In this document: positions 49,246-61,245 of the stretch, one piece after another | How positions within the stretch are numbered: the stretch's first letter is position 1 | Layout of the letters: every line of letters begins with the position of its first letter | Source of the DNA: Camelus ferus | Taxonomy: Eukaryota | Length of the DNA: 64,000 nucleotides | Direction of reading: 5' to 3' | Assembly (NCBI RefSeq): GCF_009834535.1 | Contig: NC_045696.1 | Location: 39,992,001 to 40,056,000, forward strand | Made by a program: the position numbers and the translations under genes | The notes under the pieces: generated by a model | What the model saw: only the letters and a program-made list of their open reading frames with translations | What the model was told of the DNA's origin: nothing | The model's database searches: none

Positions 49246-52200
49246 TCTTTATGACTGAAAACTTGAATTTCCACAACTGCTGATAACACTGCAAAAAACT
49301 GAGGTTTAAATTGCTTAGAGAAAAGGTCTTCACCTGACTCTCATTGATTTATATGTTACTTAGCTACATTTGTAGCAAAAGGGAATGAAAAATAATAATT
49401 TACTCTTTCTCCTAAGTCCTTTTGGCCCTGTCCTATAAGGGAGAATCCCAAGGTTTGATCAATGAACACACAAGTTCAGATTGTATTATCTGTCCCCATG
49501 AACTTCCTTTTCATTACTTTTTGGATCCTAATTAGTCCCACATGATGGATAGACAAGTGTCTAGTCCCTGCCCTACCCCTGCTCCCCATCTTCCAGAGAA
49601 GGGGAAAAAAAACCATAATCAAGGTACAAAGAGGAGCCATTATGAAGAGCTCTTCTGAACAGGAAGAGAGTGCTTATACTCAGATGCATTGTAATTAATT
49701 TGTTCATACATTCAACAAAATATTTACAAGATCTTATGATGGGCTAAGCTTTTGATCAGGTGCTAGGAAAATAGATTTTAAAGATAATAATAAAATAAAA
49801 TGAAGTAAAATAAAATAAACTGATCTCAAAGATCTTGTGTCCAGTAGGAGATCTCAGTTGTAATGCTGTATTATAATGCTATATGCCGACTGCTCAGAGA
49901 TGTCCAAGAAAGACACCCTGGGGAGTGAAATAACATACAAAGACCTAGATCATGTAGCAACCCTAAATATTTGAGAAAGAGAAAACATCTATTTCCACTG
50001 CAATGCCACCGGATCACTACAAGTTGTCCAGGAACAAGGTAAACAATGAGGGCTGGGAAGGGTTGGTGCTCTCCTTCCCCCACCCAAAGATGTTTTCATG
50101 TAGATACAATCAGCGTCAGGGCAGTTTTCAAGGGAAAGAAGTATACAATAGGCCCTTGGAGGTCAGTGGATGGCTGAGAGTGGGCTGCAGCCATCTTCCA
50201 CCTTGGTGTTCTGGGGAGGAGGGCCTGGGGCAAGTCTATGCCCACTTGACTATACCCACTTCCTTCTGACCCACAAATGTTTCCAGGTTCATCGGAGAGG
50301 TTTGGTAGAAATTAGTCACCCTGAATGATAAGAAATATATACAAATAAAACACAAGAGAGATGAGGCCCTGGTTAAGGGCAGCAGAGAGGAAGATAGATA
50401 CAAACTGAAAGGAAGAGGGGGCAGTGTGTTGTTCTTGTCTGTTACTTTCCCTTGAGCAGAAATTTTAAGCCATTTAGGAAGCAAGAGTAAATTTTAGAAA
50501 CTCAGTATAGCTAAACAAGATTTACTTATACTATTGACAGGATTTCACCTTTCTTTTGCTCTATTGTTTTTTCTTTTTTCTTTTTATTATTTAATTTTGG
50601 CACATTCTGACATCCTCTCAGAAGAGGACTTTTCACAGAGATAACAAAGGAAAATATGTCAAATAAATACCTCTTAATCTAACAGTATAATTCAGTTCTG
50701 ATATACCCATTGACAATAAAGAAGCAAATAAGCAAATAAATTAGTAAATCAATAAATGGCTTCAGGAGTTTTAAAATTATAATTATAAACAGGACACTGT
50801 GACCAAACTGTGATCTGGAGTAGACAAGTGCAGGACTGAAGAGAGAATAATAAATGGTAAAGGAACAAGTCTATTAGAGCTAAACTGTTTGTAAAAGGAA
50901 AATTCCAAGTACATCTCAGTCTCAGCGTCGGGGGTGAGGGCTGTTCAAAAGCCTAGGGGAATAGCCAATTGAGCTCATGTCCGAGGCTGAGGCCAAAGGG
51001 AAGTTAATATGAGAGAAATCCAAGAGGTATATCTTTCTGAGAAATAGTCTTTAAAATATCTGGGAAATAGGTTGAGAATTGGAGGTGAAAGCACTCAGTT
51101 ATCTGTGTTAGTTGAATTTTTAATGTTGAGTAATTTTATGGATCAAGGCAATCAAATATTTTTTAACATGACAAATCTGCAATGACTGATCAGAGGCCTC
51201 TATTGTAGGATGATTATGCTAAGATGAGGTCTAGAAGCCTAGGGTAAGAGACTGGGATGCTAGTGGTGAGCATTCCATTTTCCCAGTCTTGTTCTAACCC
51301 ACTGGGTTTTTCCTACGGGTGAAGGGCTGTCCACTCTATTTGGACAGACCATCATTTTGACTGATGTGCCTCTGCTACCATGATTGTTAAGTATTATAAA
51401 TAACACCCGCAGAATCCTCTCCATACCAGCAATGTGACCTAATAACAAGAAAAGAGTCCTAGTCAAGTAGTATGTTTGCTCCCAGCTGAATATTGCAAAG
51501 AGTAATCCTGCTGTTGTAATATTCTCTTTCTAATCAGTAGGACCAACTTGCAAGCAGGATCTTTGGGGGAACTGTTTATACTAAAATAAATAACTATATA
51601 AGACAATATATTATATGGTAACTGTCAAGGAGACTAGCCTTGAGGAAACTAGGATTGTCCTTTGGCATGAAGGAATCCCTTTGGAAAACTAACCCTCCTG
51701 ATCCACTCACATGAGTATTCCTGCCCTACACCTGGGGAGGAGATATGCAGAAGCCTTGGTCTCCTGGAACATTTTTGAGTTTAATAATACTGAAGATATC
51801 TGTAATCCAACCAAGAAGCAAATCTCCACATACTTTTGGACTCTTGCCAGCCTCTTCTGCTTTTCTCAGTGATCAGTCACCTTTCAGCCCCTGCCATTGT
51901 CATGCACAGAACCCTTGCTTCATGCCCTGCAAACTTTGTAACTCTCTAACTTTCATGACCTGTTGTGTAATGTGTAAGGAATGGCAGCCAGATAAATCAT
52001 TAAGCATAGTATTAAACATGCAAAGTGACAGTCATTCCACTTGGAAGCTAAGCAGCAGGGATAAGATCAAAACAGTAGATGTGCTCTGGAGGAAATTCTC
52101 CATCCAGAGCAGAGACCAATGGCTCCATGCAGCAGCTTGCTGAAATCTATATCTTTCAGGAATCCAGCTCTCAGCAGGCAGAGGAAATAGAATTATAGAA

Positions 52201-52490
52201 GGAAGTTGAGGACAGAAGCATAGAAAAGGCTATTCTATATTCAATGAAGGTTTTTTTTGGAACATATTTTAGTATTTCCCCTTATTTAGTATTGAGACAA
52301 GTCACTGAACCTCATAGAGTATGATAAGCATCTATTCTGATTCAGAAGAAAACTATCATGGACAAGTCTGACATTCAGGTGTTCCTTAGACACGTCTCAC
52401 CTCATGGAGTTTCCATTTTTTCTGTTTGTTTTTCACTTAGGAATAACTTCCCAAGCATCAGCCTTCTCAGACATCTGGTCCCAGATATCA

Positions 52491-52532
52491 AAAACAACAA
52501 CAACAACAACAACAAAAAAAACAACAAAACAA
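52491..52532 (+). repeat. (AAC)n and A-rich simple repeat
   Basis: Direct read. Confidence 0.9.
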
Positions 52533-52981
52533 GCTCAGACAGCAGCAAGTTCTTACAATAGGACAGGTATTTGCTTGGTTTCACTTCCAGAGCAACCTGC
52601 ATATGACAACACAGCTTTGATTTTCCTTCACATTCTTTTATCTTACACATGTCGATAAATTGAAAAGAAAATATCCACAAGCTCAAATTTTAAAAACAGA
52701 AACAGAAAAAAAAACAGTGAACACATAAATATATGATATAACGGCATACAGCGTTAAGTGCTGCAAAGAACAATAAAGTGGAGGAAGAAACTACAATGCA
52801 AATATTCTTAGATGTGCTGTTAGAGAAAGCCTCCTTGGTCTGGGGGTGTGGGAGGAATAAGTTGAACAACTATATAATCAAATAAGGGTTCAGAGCACAG
52901 AGCATGATTTCTGTTTTATATAGAATATGATTTGTAGAAGATAGCACAAATTTAGAAATTATAGAAACTTAAAAAATATAG

Positions 52982-53277
52982 ATGAGTGAAGGTGGTCAAA
53001 ATGTACAAACTTCCAATTATAAGATAAATAAGTTCTGAGATTATACAGTACAGCATGGTGACTATAGTTAACAATAACCTATTTTTGAAAGTTGCTAAGA
53101 AAGTAGGTCTTAAAAGTTCTCATCACAAGAAAAAAATATAACTATGTGAAGAGATGAACGTTAATAAAACATTACGGCAATCATTTTGCAAATATACATA
53201 CTTCAAATCATTCTGTTGTACACTTAAAACTAATCATTGTTATATGTTAACTACATCTCAATAAAACTGGAGAAATA
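52982..53277 (+). mobile_element. L1MA9/L1MA10-like 3' end
   Basis: 'gagtgaaggtggtcaaaatgtacaaacttccaattataagataaataagttctg...catctcaataaaactggagaaa'. It is homologous to 44725-44990. Confidence 0.88.
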
Positions 53278-53309
53278 CATAAAGATGTCTAATATTGTCT
53301 ACATTCACA

Positions 53310-53500
53310 AACTTGTAAAGACTTTTGGCATATTTTCTTTGCAACAATTCTGTGAAGTTGCTAGAAGATATTATCCTCTCTCCATTTTACAGATGGTAAA
53401 ACTTAATAAGTAAGAAATTCACATAGTTTGTGAGAGGCAGAGCCAGGATCATGAACAAAGACTTCCTGACCCTAAATACAGCATGTGTTCAAAGCACAAT
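53310..53500 (-). mobile_element. MIR SINE
   Basis: 'tattatcctctctccattttacagatggtaaaact...ggcagagccaggatcatgaac'. Confidence 0.7.
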
Positions 53501-56500
53501 ATTTATCACCTATAACTAAAGCTAGGTATTGAGCTTTGTGGAGGAGCTCTTTTATTATACATTGAAAACCAAAGTAGATCTGCCTATTATGGTCTGCACT
53601 ATTGATGGCCCCTGAGTGGAAGTCCACGACTATCTCTCTGCCCATGCCTTCTTCCTCTTACAGCTGATTTCAACCAGAATGGACCCATAACCCAAGAGGG
53701 AAGGGTAACCAAAGACTTGATTAAGCTATCCAGTTCCCAACTGGTAATAATTTTAACTAAGAAGTCAATGATCTGTAGACATAGAGCTAATAGGTGAGCT
53801 GAACTCAAGTGGAAAAAGGCTCTTTGTGTGAGAAGAAAGTGAGAAAGCAAGTTCACTGAGAGAGAGGAAATGTAAGAAGGAGGGAAGAAAAGAAAGGAGT
53901 AAACTAACTGAGAAACAGAGACAACTATATTTTCCCCGTAGGAAGTATAGAATTGCCAGAGATACTGCTTCAAATCCTTAACCAAAGTATACACCATTCA
54001 TGGCAACTACAGCACTGGTAGCTGGGCTGAAAAGACCAATGATTTTTATCCCCTTTAATATCTCCAGGGATAAAATTCCTTCACTTGAATGAGTGTTGAC
54101 AAGGATGCGATAGGAGCTGGAGAACTGTCATCACTTGTTTACTAGGAGAAATAAAAACCATAGATCATCTAAACATCTCTTCTTGGCTCTCTTTTTCAAT
54201 TTCTCCACCCACTGTAAAGAGCTATAGGATTTCAGAATTGGAAAAGAACTAAAAGCTTGTCATATCAAAGTAGGTCAAGATAATTTCATTTCATTTTGCT
54301 CCATAATATCCCTGTGAGGAAAGGCAGAGAATACAGATGGAGAAGCTATGGCACCAAGAGGCTTCACTTTCATCCAGATCATGGGGCTTACGTGTGGAAA
54401 GGAATTCCTGGCTTTGAGCCCTGTGTCTTTCCTTCAGCAACAATTACGTGACAGGACATATTTTAATCTCTTAAAATACTCCCCAGAGACACCTTGCCAA
54501 CCTCAAAAAGAACAAGGCTTAAGATTTTCCACTTCAGAATAACCACAGGCCAGTGGGGCCACAAAACAGAAAAATCTTGAATGAAGGCAAATCAAACAAA
54601 AAGTAGGGGCTGGGAAAAGGCGGCTATTCTGGGATTTAGTAGCTTATACAACAGGATGTGTTCAGGAGAATTCCCAGCTTGCTCCCTGGTCCTATCCCTG
54701 TTTATTGGGATAAATTGCCCAAGTCATAGGGTTTTCCCAAGTCCAACTTTCCTTTGCCAGACAGAAATAACAATACTGATCATCAGGATGCTATAAAAAA
54801 TACAAATGAACAAAATAAAAGGAGAACTGACAAAATGAAGAACTAAAAAATTATGAGCTAAGAGAGCTGAAAAGAGGCCTTGAGGAGTACTTGAGCTCTG
54901 AAATATAGAATAAGGTGAATTATTCTCCTCTACCTTGGCAGGTATTAGAGACTTGCATACACGTACATGTATTCATATCTCCAGAACACTTTGTCCAACA
55001 GTTGGAAAGAATGCAGAATGGAGAATTCATTGATCTGCTTCCACTATTTCCCTCCACTCTGGGCTCTTTGCTCAGTCTAAGAGGAGACGTTGATTGGGAG
55101 AACAGAATTAGCCATGAACCAGGGTAAAATTTATTTCTGGAAACCTTCCATCCATTCCCATCCTTCCCACCATCCCCATCCCACTGCTCAGCTGCCCTCC
55201 CCACTGTCTTTTGCCAGATTCCAGCTGTGCATGATTATCCAAGGCCCTAAATGACAAGAATGTCACTCACTAAGAAATAAGTTCCATTTCCTTCTGAGCT
55301 TACAAAATTAATAGCTATCACATACACTTCATGTAATTCTCCACAAACATTGGTGGAGCGCTGTCACTTACCAGGTGCTAGCTTCAGCTTAGAGTCTTCT
55401 CATACCACGAACATTCTTAACCAGATGAAATGCAGTGAGGCTCTGAAACATGACAGTGCTAGAAATGTCAGATATATAGCAGGTCAATAAACTGTGGTGC
55501 TTATAATCCTCATAGACTGCGAGGACAGCAATCCATGTGGAGCAAGGCTGGTGCTTCAGTAGCTGAACAGAGGCAAGATCTGACAGTGGCCTCGACCTTC
55601 ATGTTCTCTGGTCAGCCACCAAGCCAGAACTTTCATCCATGGTCACATGAATATCAAGAAAGCTCAACTCGGGGCAGGCAACATGAAGTCTAAGGATAAG
55701 AGTGATGAACAAATATTGACTGGGCTCTGAAAAAGAGAGGCTCTGAGGGGATGTAGGAAAGCTTGTTTTCTCTATGCCCAAAAGACAAACAGTTCTTTTC
55801 ATAAAAAGTAGAGTGAAGTCTAAGGCACACATGTGACCTCAGATTGAAGAACAGCTAAGTTTTTACAGATTTCTCCATTGATATTCAGAAAGATGCCCCA
55901 TGTTTCTCCATTCAGTTAAAGTGGCATGTCTTCAGCTCTCATGACACTTGTTACGAATAAACCAGACTAGCCTGGTTACCATCAGAAATTCTGTAACAAG
56001 TATGTTTTAGCCTTGGCCAGCATTCTAAGGAGAATAGCAGAATTCCCACCACTGCAAAAGTCCAAGGAAATCAGAATATGAACCTACCATTGATAAATTT
56101 TCTCTTGACATACACAATTTTACTGAAACTGCTGACTTGGAATTTGAAATGCAAAGATGTTTTAAATGAAAATTCTACAAGGACATATGGCTTCAGGAAA
56201 GTCCATTATACCCCTATTGCGGTAATGCCTTATCACTTACTGGTTCTGAATTTACTATGTTCTTACATCTAGAAGCTTTTTCAAAAAGGTTCAGAGTGTA
56301 ATCACAAATACAAATCCTCTTTTTCTTTATTATTTCCTTTGAATGGCACACCGATGTCCAATATGAAAGATACTTCATTAGCATTGTCGCTAGTAGTATA
56401 CCCCTTCCTGGGTTTCTGAGACATCAGCCAAGATCTGTCTATGTCTCAGTCCATGAGCACAATTATTATGGACTGTGTGTAGATCTCTGTTTTCTAGGAA

Positions 56501-57404
56501 GATACATGAGATGGAAATTGGCAAATTGCAATTGCACTTTAGAGTGTCTGGTGAAATTACTTTGGATCCTTGATGTATGGGAAAGCGGTTTGGATGGCTG
56601 GCCAGACCAGACATTGTGCACGCTCATGCCAGGGGAACCAAAGCAATATGCTGACCCATTCCAAACCATCAGAGGGAAGGCTGCTGAACTAGGGAAGTCT
56701 CTAGTTCTGAAGGTTGGGTGATTTAAATGCTCGGTGGGGAAAGTTACTGGTCAGTTGATAGGTCAGCTATGGTCTGAAGACTTTTTCTCTTAACATAACA
56801 ATTTGTCTTCAGACTTTTTAAAACCTCCAGTAGACTCTATGTGAGCCAAATATTTAGTGGTTTTGTGAAGTTTTTTAGTATTCATGTCAAATGCAGTTCT
56901 TTATAAACCCATTTAAAATGTTGTTTCTTTTCCATATGGCATTCTGAAAGGGAACAGGGAATTGCAAATTTAAGATTGTGACAAAAAAGAATGCTCTTTG
57001 TAACTATTTCCGTACTTTCTAAATTTTTTAAATGAGTTTGATTTATATTGTGCCAAGGCTGAATATCATGTTTATCATTAGGATTGTGATTTTTAAAAAG
57101 CCATGTAGTCCCTTGGCAATTGGAATAACTGTACATATGGTATGTTGCAGGCTATTGGTTTTTATTTTTTACTTCATTTTGAAGCTTGATTGACTGACTC
57201 CAAAAATGAATTTTGAAGAAGGATAAATCATCCAAGTTTCCTCTCAACACTTCTAAAGCATGCTTAATGTAACTTTAAAGTCTAGGACTCCAAGCTCTGT
57301 TTGCCAAGTTGTCCTTAGTCTATAGCATTGTCTTGTTATACATGCTGGGGACACCACATTTTCTTAGATTTTAACTCTTGAGGCTATAGCTTTGCTCATT
57401 TACA

Positions 57405-58050
57405 GTGTGACTCTATTAGACAAGATAAATAATATTCCCTTCTGAGAGGCCTTAGAGTCCCTTCTAAGCCCATGGCTCCCTTCAGGGTGGTTCTCCACCC
57501 ACAGATTGCTATGTTTCATATCCTGTAATCCCCACTCCACCCTCAACTCTGGCTGTAGCTTCTCCAGCCAAAGAATGTGTGCCCAATCCAAAGACAGCCA
57601 TCTGCAGCCTGGGTAAGGTCCAGGAAGGGGTCCAGCTGGAGAAGTCAACTCAACAAAATGATGCAATGACTGATCCCATCGTATCTGTCCCTTGGAATCT
57701 GACCGAGAGATGTACAAAGTTGGAGTCAGTAGAGGGAAAGGAATTTGGGAGAAAATAAAAGAAGGTAGATGGCATGACCAAAGGATAGAGGCCTGAAGGC
57801 AGCAAGGAATAGGTTGAGAACAAAGGCAGAGGGGAAACTAAACGATGAACATGGCAGAATATCACTGGGACTGTCATGCACCACTAGAGCTGCAGATCAT
57901 TACAGACACTGCTGCATTCCGACCAGCTCCCCAGCTTTCTGTCAGTGTGGTTATGGAGGTGCTGAGATTGGTTCCTGTCCTTTCTATAACATTTCTGTTA
58001 ACAGGGATGTAAGAGTCAGGCTTTTTCCATTTCTGACAAATGATATCGGA
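57405..58050. mobile_element. Possible very old MaLR LTR (MLT1K/L/N-like)
   Basis: GC-richer block containing 'actgatcccatcgtatctgtcccttggaatctgaccgagaga', which weakly resembles old MLT1 consensus sequences. Confidence 0.3.
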
Positions 58051-58204
58051 ACTTTAATAATTTATTTGCTATAAAATGAAACATCTATTTTGTGGATAGA
58101 TGTTTTGATAGGTTCTATGAGAAGTACAAAGGTGAAAATCTACAATTATTATTCTCAAGGGGCTCACTGATTGAAGAAGGTAAAACCACAGAGTGTTGAT
58201 GGAG

Positions 58205-58375
58205 GCAGGGAAGGGTTAAAAGTGAGATTCTGGAGCCAGCCTGTCTGCTTGCAACTAGCTGTATGACCCTGGGCCAGTTATTTAACCTCTTTGTGCCTAG
58301 GTTTCCTCATCTATAAAATGGGGCAACACTGTAAAACCTACCTCATAGTATACTTGTTAGGATTACGTGAGGTCA
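58205..58375 (+). mobile_element. MIR SINE
   Basis: 'attctggagccagcctg...ctagctgtatgaccctgggccagttatttaacctctttgtgcctaggtttcctcatctataaaatgggg'. Confidence 0.85.
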
Positions 58376-59783
58376 GGTCTAAAAAGAGAGCTCAGAATAA
58401 CAGGCTGTCCATGCCCTTCCCAGGTATCTGAGGTCCTTATGGAAAAGAAAGGATTTGGGTAGATTAGAAGCAACTCTGTATAAAATTATTCTTCTGGGGA
58501 AGACAATGTTTGCCAAACCAGGTGATGTAGTTGGGGAGTTACACCTAGATTCCAAGGCAATTATCTGCACAACTCAGTGCCCTTGATCCTTGGCACAGAA
58601 GATCCCTCCTCTCATTGGTCACTGACATGCCAGGGAAGGAATTTGGCTTCCTTGTCTTCCCACCCTCTCTCTGCTCCTACCTTTGCCAGACATCTGGTAC
58701 ATATGCAGCTCTTGTATTGGCTTCACCTTTCCCCACATGATCTTGCTCTCTCCCTTTCTCGTTCCTCCTTGTACTTTCTTACAGGAAAAAAAAAGGGTAA
58801 TTTTCTTTACAACATATGTAACCACACAAAACATACATTTCCCTCTTGGCTCTGGAGTGTTCATGAGTCGATCAAGACCATCTGTGCTTGCATATCCAAT
58901 ATCCCCCAGTCCACCCCACCCCCTAAATCTAATCCTTTCTGTGTAATTTAGCAGAGTATTTGTGCTACAAAGCCCTTAATAATTTTTAAACAAAATTGCC
59001 TTAATACATAGCAATTGCTAAATGCAATACGGAAATATTTATTTTTCTTGCCAACTATAGATTTCAGAGTCTGTAGCTGCCTTGCGCAACTTACAAAACT
59101 CTGTGTGATGCAAACCATGTAAGACACATTTCTTAAAAGCTACTCCTTCGGGGAGTCAAGCAACACATCACATTCAATTCTACAAGAAGTGAACATTGCA
59201 AATTATCGGCAAGTTAATTGCCCAGGGCAAGAACTCAAGCAAGCCCTATAATGTTTAATTTCCCCTTGACCCTTTTATGGCTGACATCTGATAGGCAATA
59301 CTGAGTCTTTCCTGTGGCACCTGATTTCTAATTGTTGACTTGTGCTTATTATCACCGCAAAACACTCAGGAATAAGTTCTACTGACAGACAGGAATCCAG
59401 TTGGAAAGTTAACACCATAAGAGCATCCTGAAATATGTAATATGGTCATATAACTATAGTCATGGATAAGCACTGAAGATAAAAAATAATTTTTGTAATC
59501 CTATACTTAACAAAATTATTTAAGAGTTCATGAATTTTCCAGTGGATTTAGAAATATCTAAATAGTCATTCTTTTAGGAATTTTTGAAACCCCATGAGTT
59601 TACCATGTGATCCAAGGAATCTGAAATTTTTTGAGTTCTGCTGGATCATTCACCAAAGCCGGCTGAACCCTTTGTTGTATGCAGTACATTTGGACTGATT
59701 CAGTGGAGAGTACAACAGGTCAGATACACATTTTGGGCCCCAAGAAGTTTACAATCTAGGAGAAGAAAAAAGACATGCATACA

Positions 59784-60262
59784 TGTGGTAGGCATATTAA
59801 TAGCCACTCAAAGTTGTCCACTCCCTAATCTCTGGAACCCGTGAATATGTCACCCTACATGAGAAAAGGGACTTTGCAGATGTGACAAAGATTGAAGACC
59901 TTGTGATAGGCAAGATTATGCTGGATTATTGAGTGGGTTCAGACTAATCACATGTTTCCTTAAAGTCAGAGAACCTTTCCCATCTATAATCAGAGGGAGA
60001 TGTAAATGAGCAGGGACATACAATGTTGCTGGCTTTGAAGATAGGAGGAGCCATGAGCCAAGGAATGTGGGTGACCTCTAGAAGCTGGAAGAGGTAGAGA
60101 AATGAATTCTCCCCTAAAGTCTCCTGAAAGGAATATAGTCCTGCCCACACCTTAATCTTAGCCAAGTGAGAACCACATCAGATTTCTGACCTCCAAAACT
60201 CTGTTGTTTTAAGTCACTAAATTTATAGTAACTGATTATAGGAGCAATTGGAAGCTCATACA
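59784..60262 (+). mobile_element. MLT1D-like MaLR solo LTR, about full length
   Basis: Start 'tgtggtaggcatattaatagcc...tccctaatctctggaacccgtgaatatgt' and end 'gcaattggaagctcataca' (TG...CA). Confidence 0.9.
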
Positions 60263-60919
60263 AGACATACTTTTAATACAATTTAGAAAGTGTTGATCGC
60301 TATAGAAGAGATATAAAGTGAATGGGATCTTAGATGAAGGTTAGCATGACAAAATTGACTCTCCTTATCTTCTCTTTCACCATTGTTGTTCTTGACTCCA
60401 GATATGTATTCTTTTTGGATTTGTAACAAAGAACATTCATATCAAAATATCATCATAAGGTCCTCCCCAACTTTCTGGAGGCTCTACAGCACAAAGGTAA
60501 GGAGACCATGCAAATGGGGTAAGTGATTTGTCTAAGATGGGGAACTGGCAAAACTGGCTAACCTTGAACCACACACAGCCCACACCCAGGAGGCAGTTTC
60601 CAAAGACATGAGTAATATAGCTAAAAATACATTTCTGGGATCACAAAGATAGATTCATGAGAGAATCACAGTGATGGCAAACACCATACTATCTAAAATC
60701 TTGTTTTTATTTTTAAAATTATTCTTATAGCATTCCTAGAGTCTGATACCCACTTTAGCAAGATTAAAAAAATAGGTCCAAATAGTAACTCCTTTCCTGT
60801 ATTCTGCAGGGTGAGTCAAGAATGGAGTTGGAATTGTTAAGATGTCTCTGACTAAATGGAAAAGATAAACAAAATAAAAAGGAGGTTAAAAAAAACAGAA
60901 TCTGAGTGGGAGGCAAAAG

Positions 60920-61090
60920 TAATAATACCTTATATTTGTTCACACATATCTGTAGTGATCACACTTAATATTTATATTGATGCTATGAAGGCCCTATTAT
61001 CTTTGCTTTTTATCAATGAAGAAACCAATGCCCCAGAGAGTCAATGACCTGTTCCTAAGCAGCAGTGTCCAGATTTAAACCAAGGAGTAA
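60920..61090 (-). mobile_element. MIR SINE
   Basis: 'ctattatctttgctttttatcaatgaagaaaccaatgccccagagagtcaatgacctgttc'. Confidence 0.55.
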
Positions 61091-61104
61091 CTAGAAAACT
61101 GTAT

Positions 61105-61245
61105 CTCTTTTTTGTTGATACCGTCCAAGAGAAAGATACCAGCCTGGAGGGCAGATGCTGTGGATGCTGACAGCACTCCTTCATGTCCAGCACTTAACAG
61201 AACGCCTGCACACAGGAGGGCATCAACAATGATTGTGAAATGAAG
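61105..61245 (+). mobile_element. LINE-2 3' terminus
   Basis: 'ccagcacttaacagaacgcctgcacacaggagggcatcaacaatgattgtgaaatgaa'. Confidence 0.6.

Noticed and set aside
55684..55825. 12-bp direct repeat tgaagtctaagg as the TSD of an unknown insert
   Set aside because: The enclosed sequence has no poly(A) tail or element-like termini, and one such repeat is expected by chance in 64 kb.
56772..56814. 10-bp inverted repeat gtctgaagac / gtcttcagac as a structured RNA
   Set aside because: The stem is too short for a pre-miRNA or MITE and nothing else supports it.
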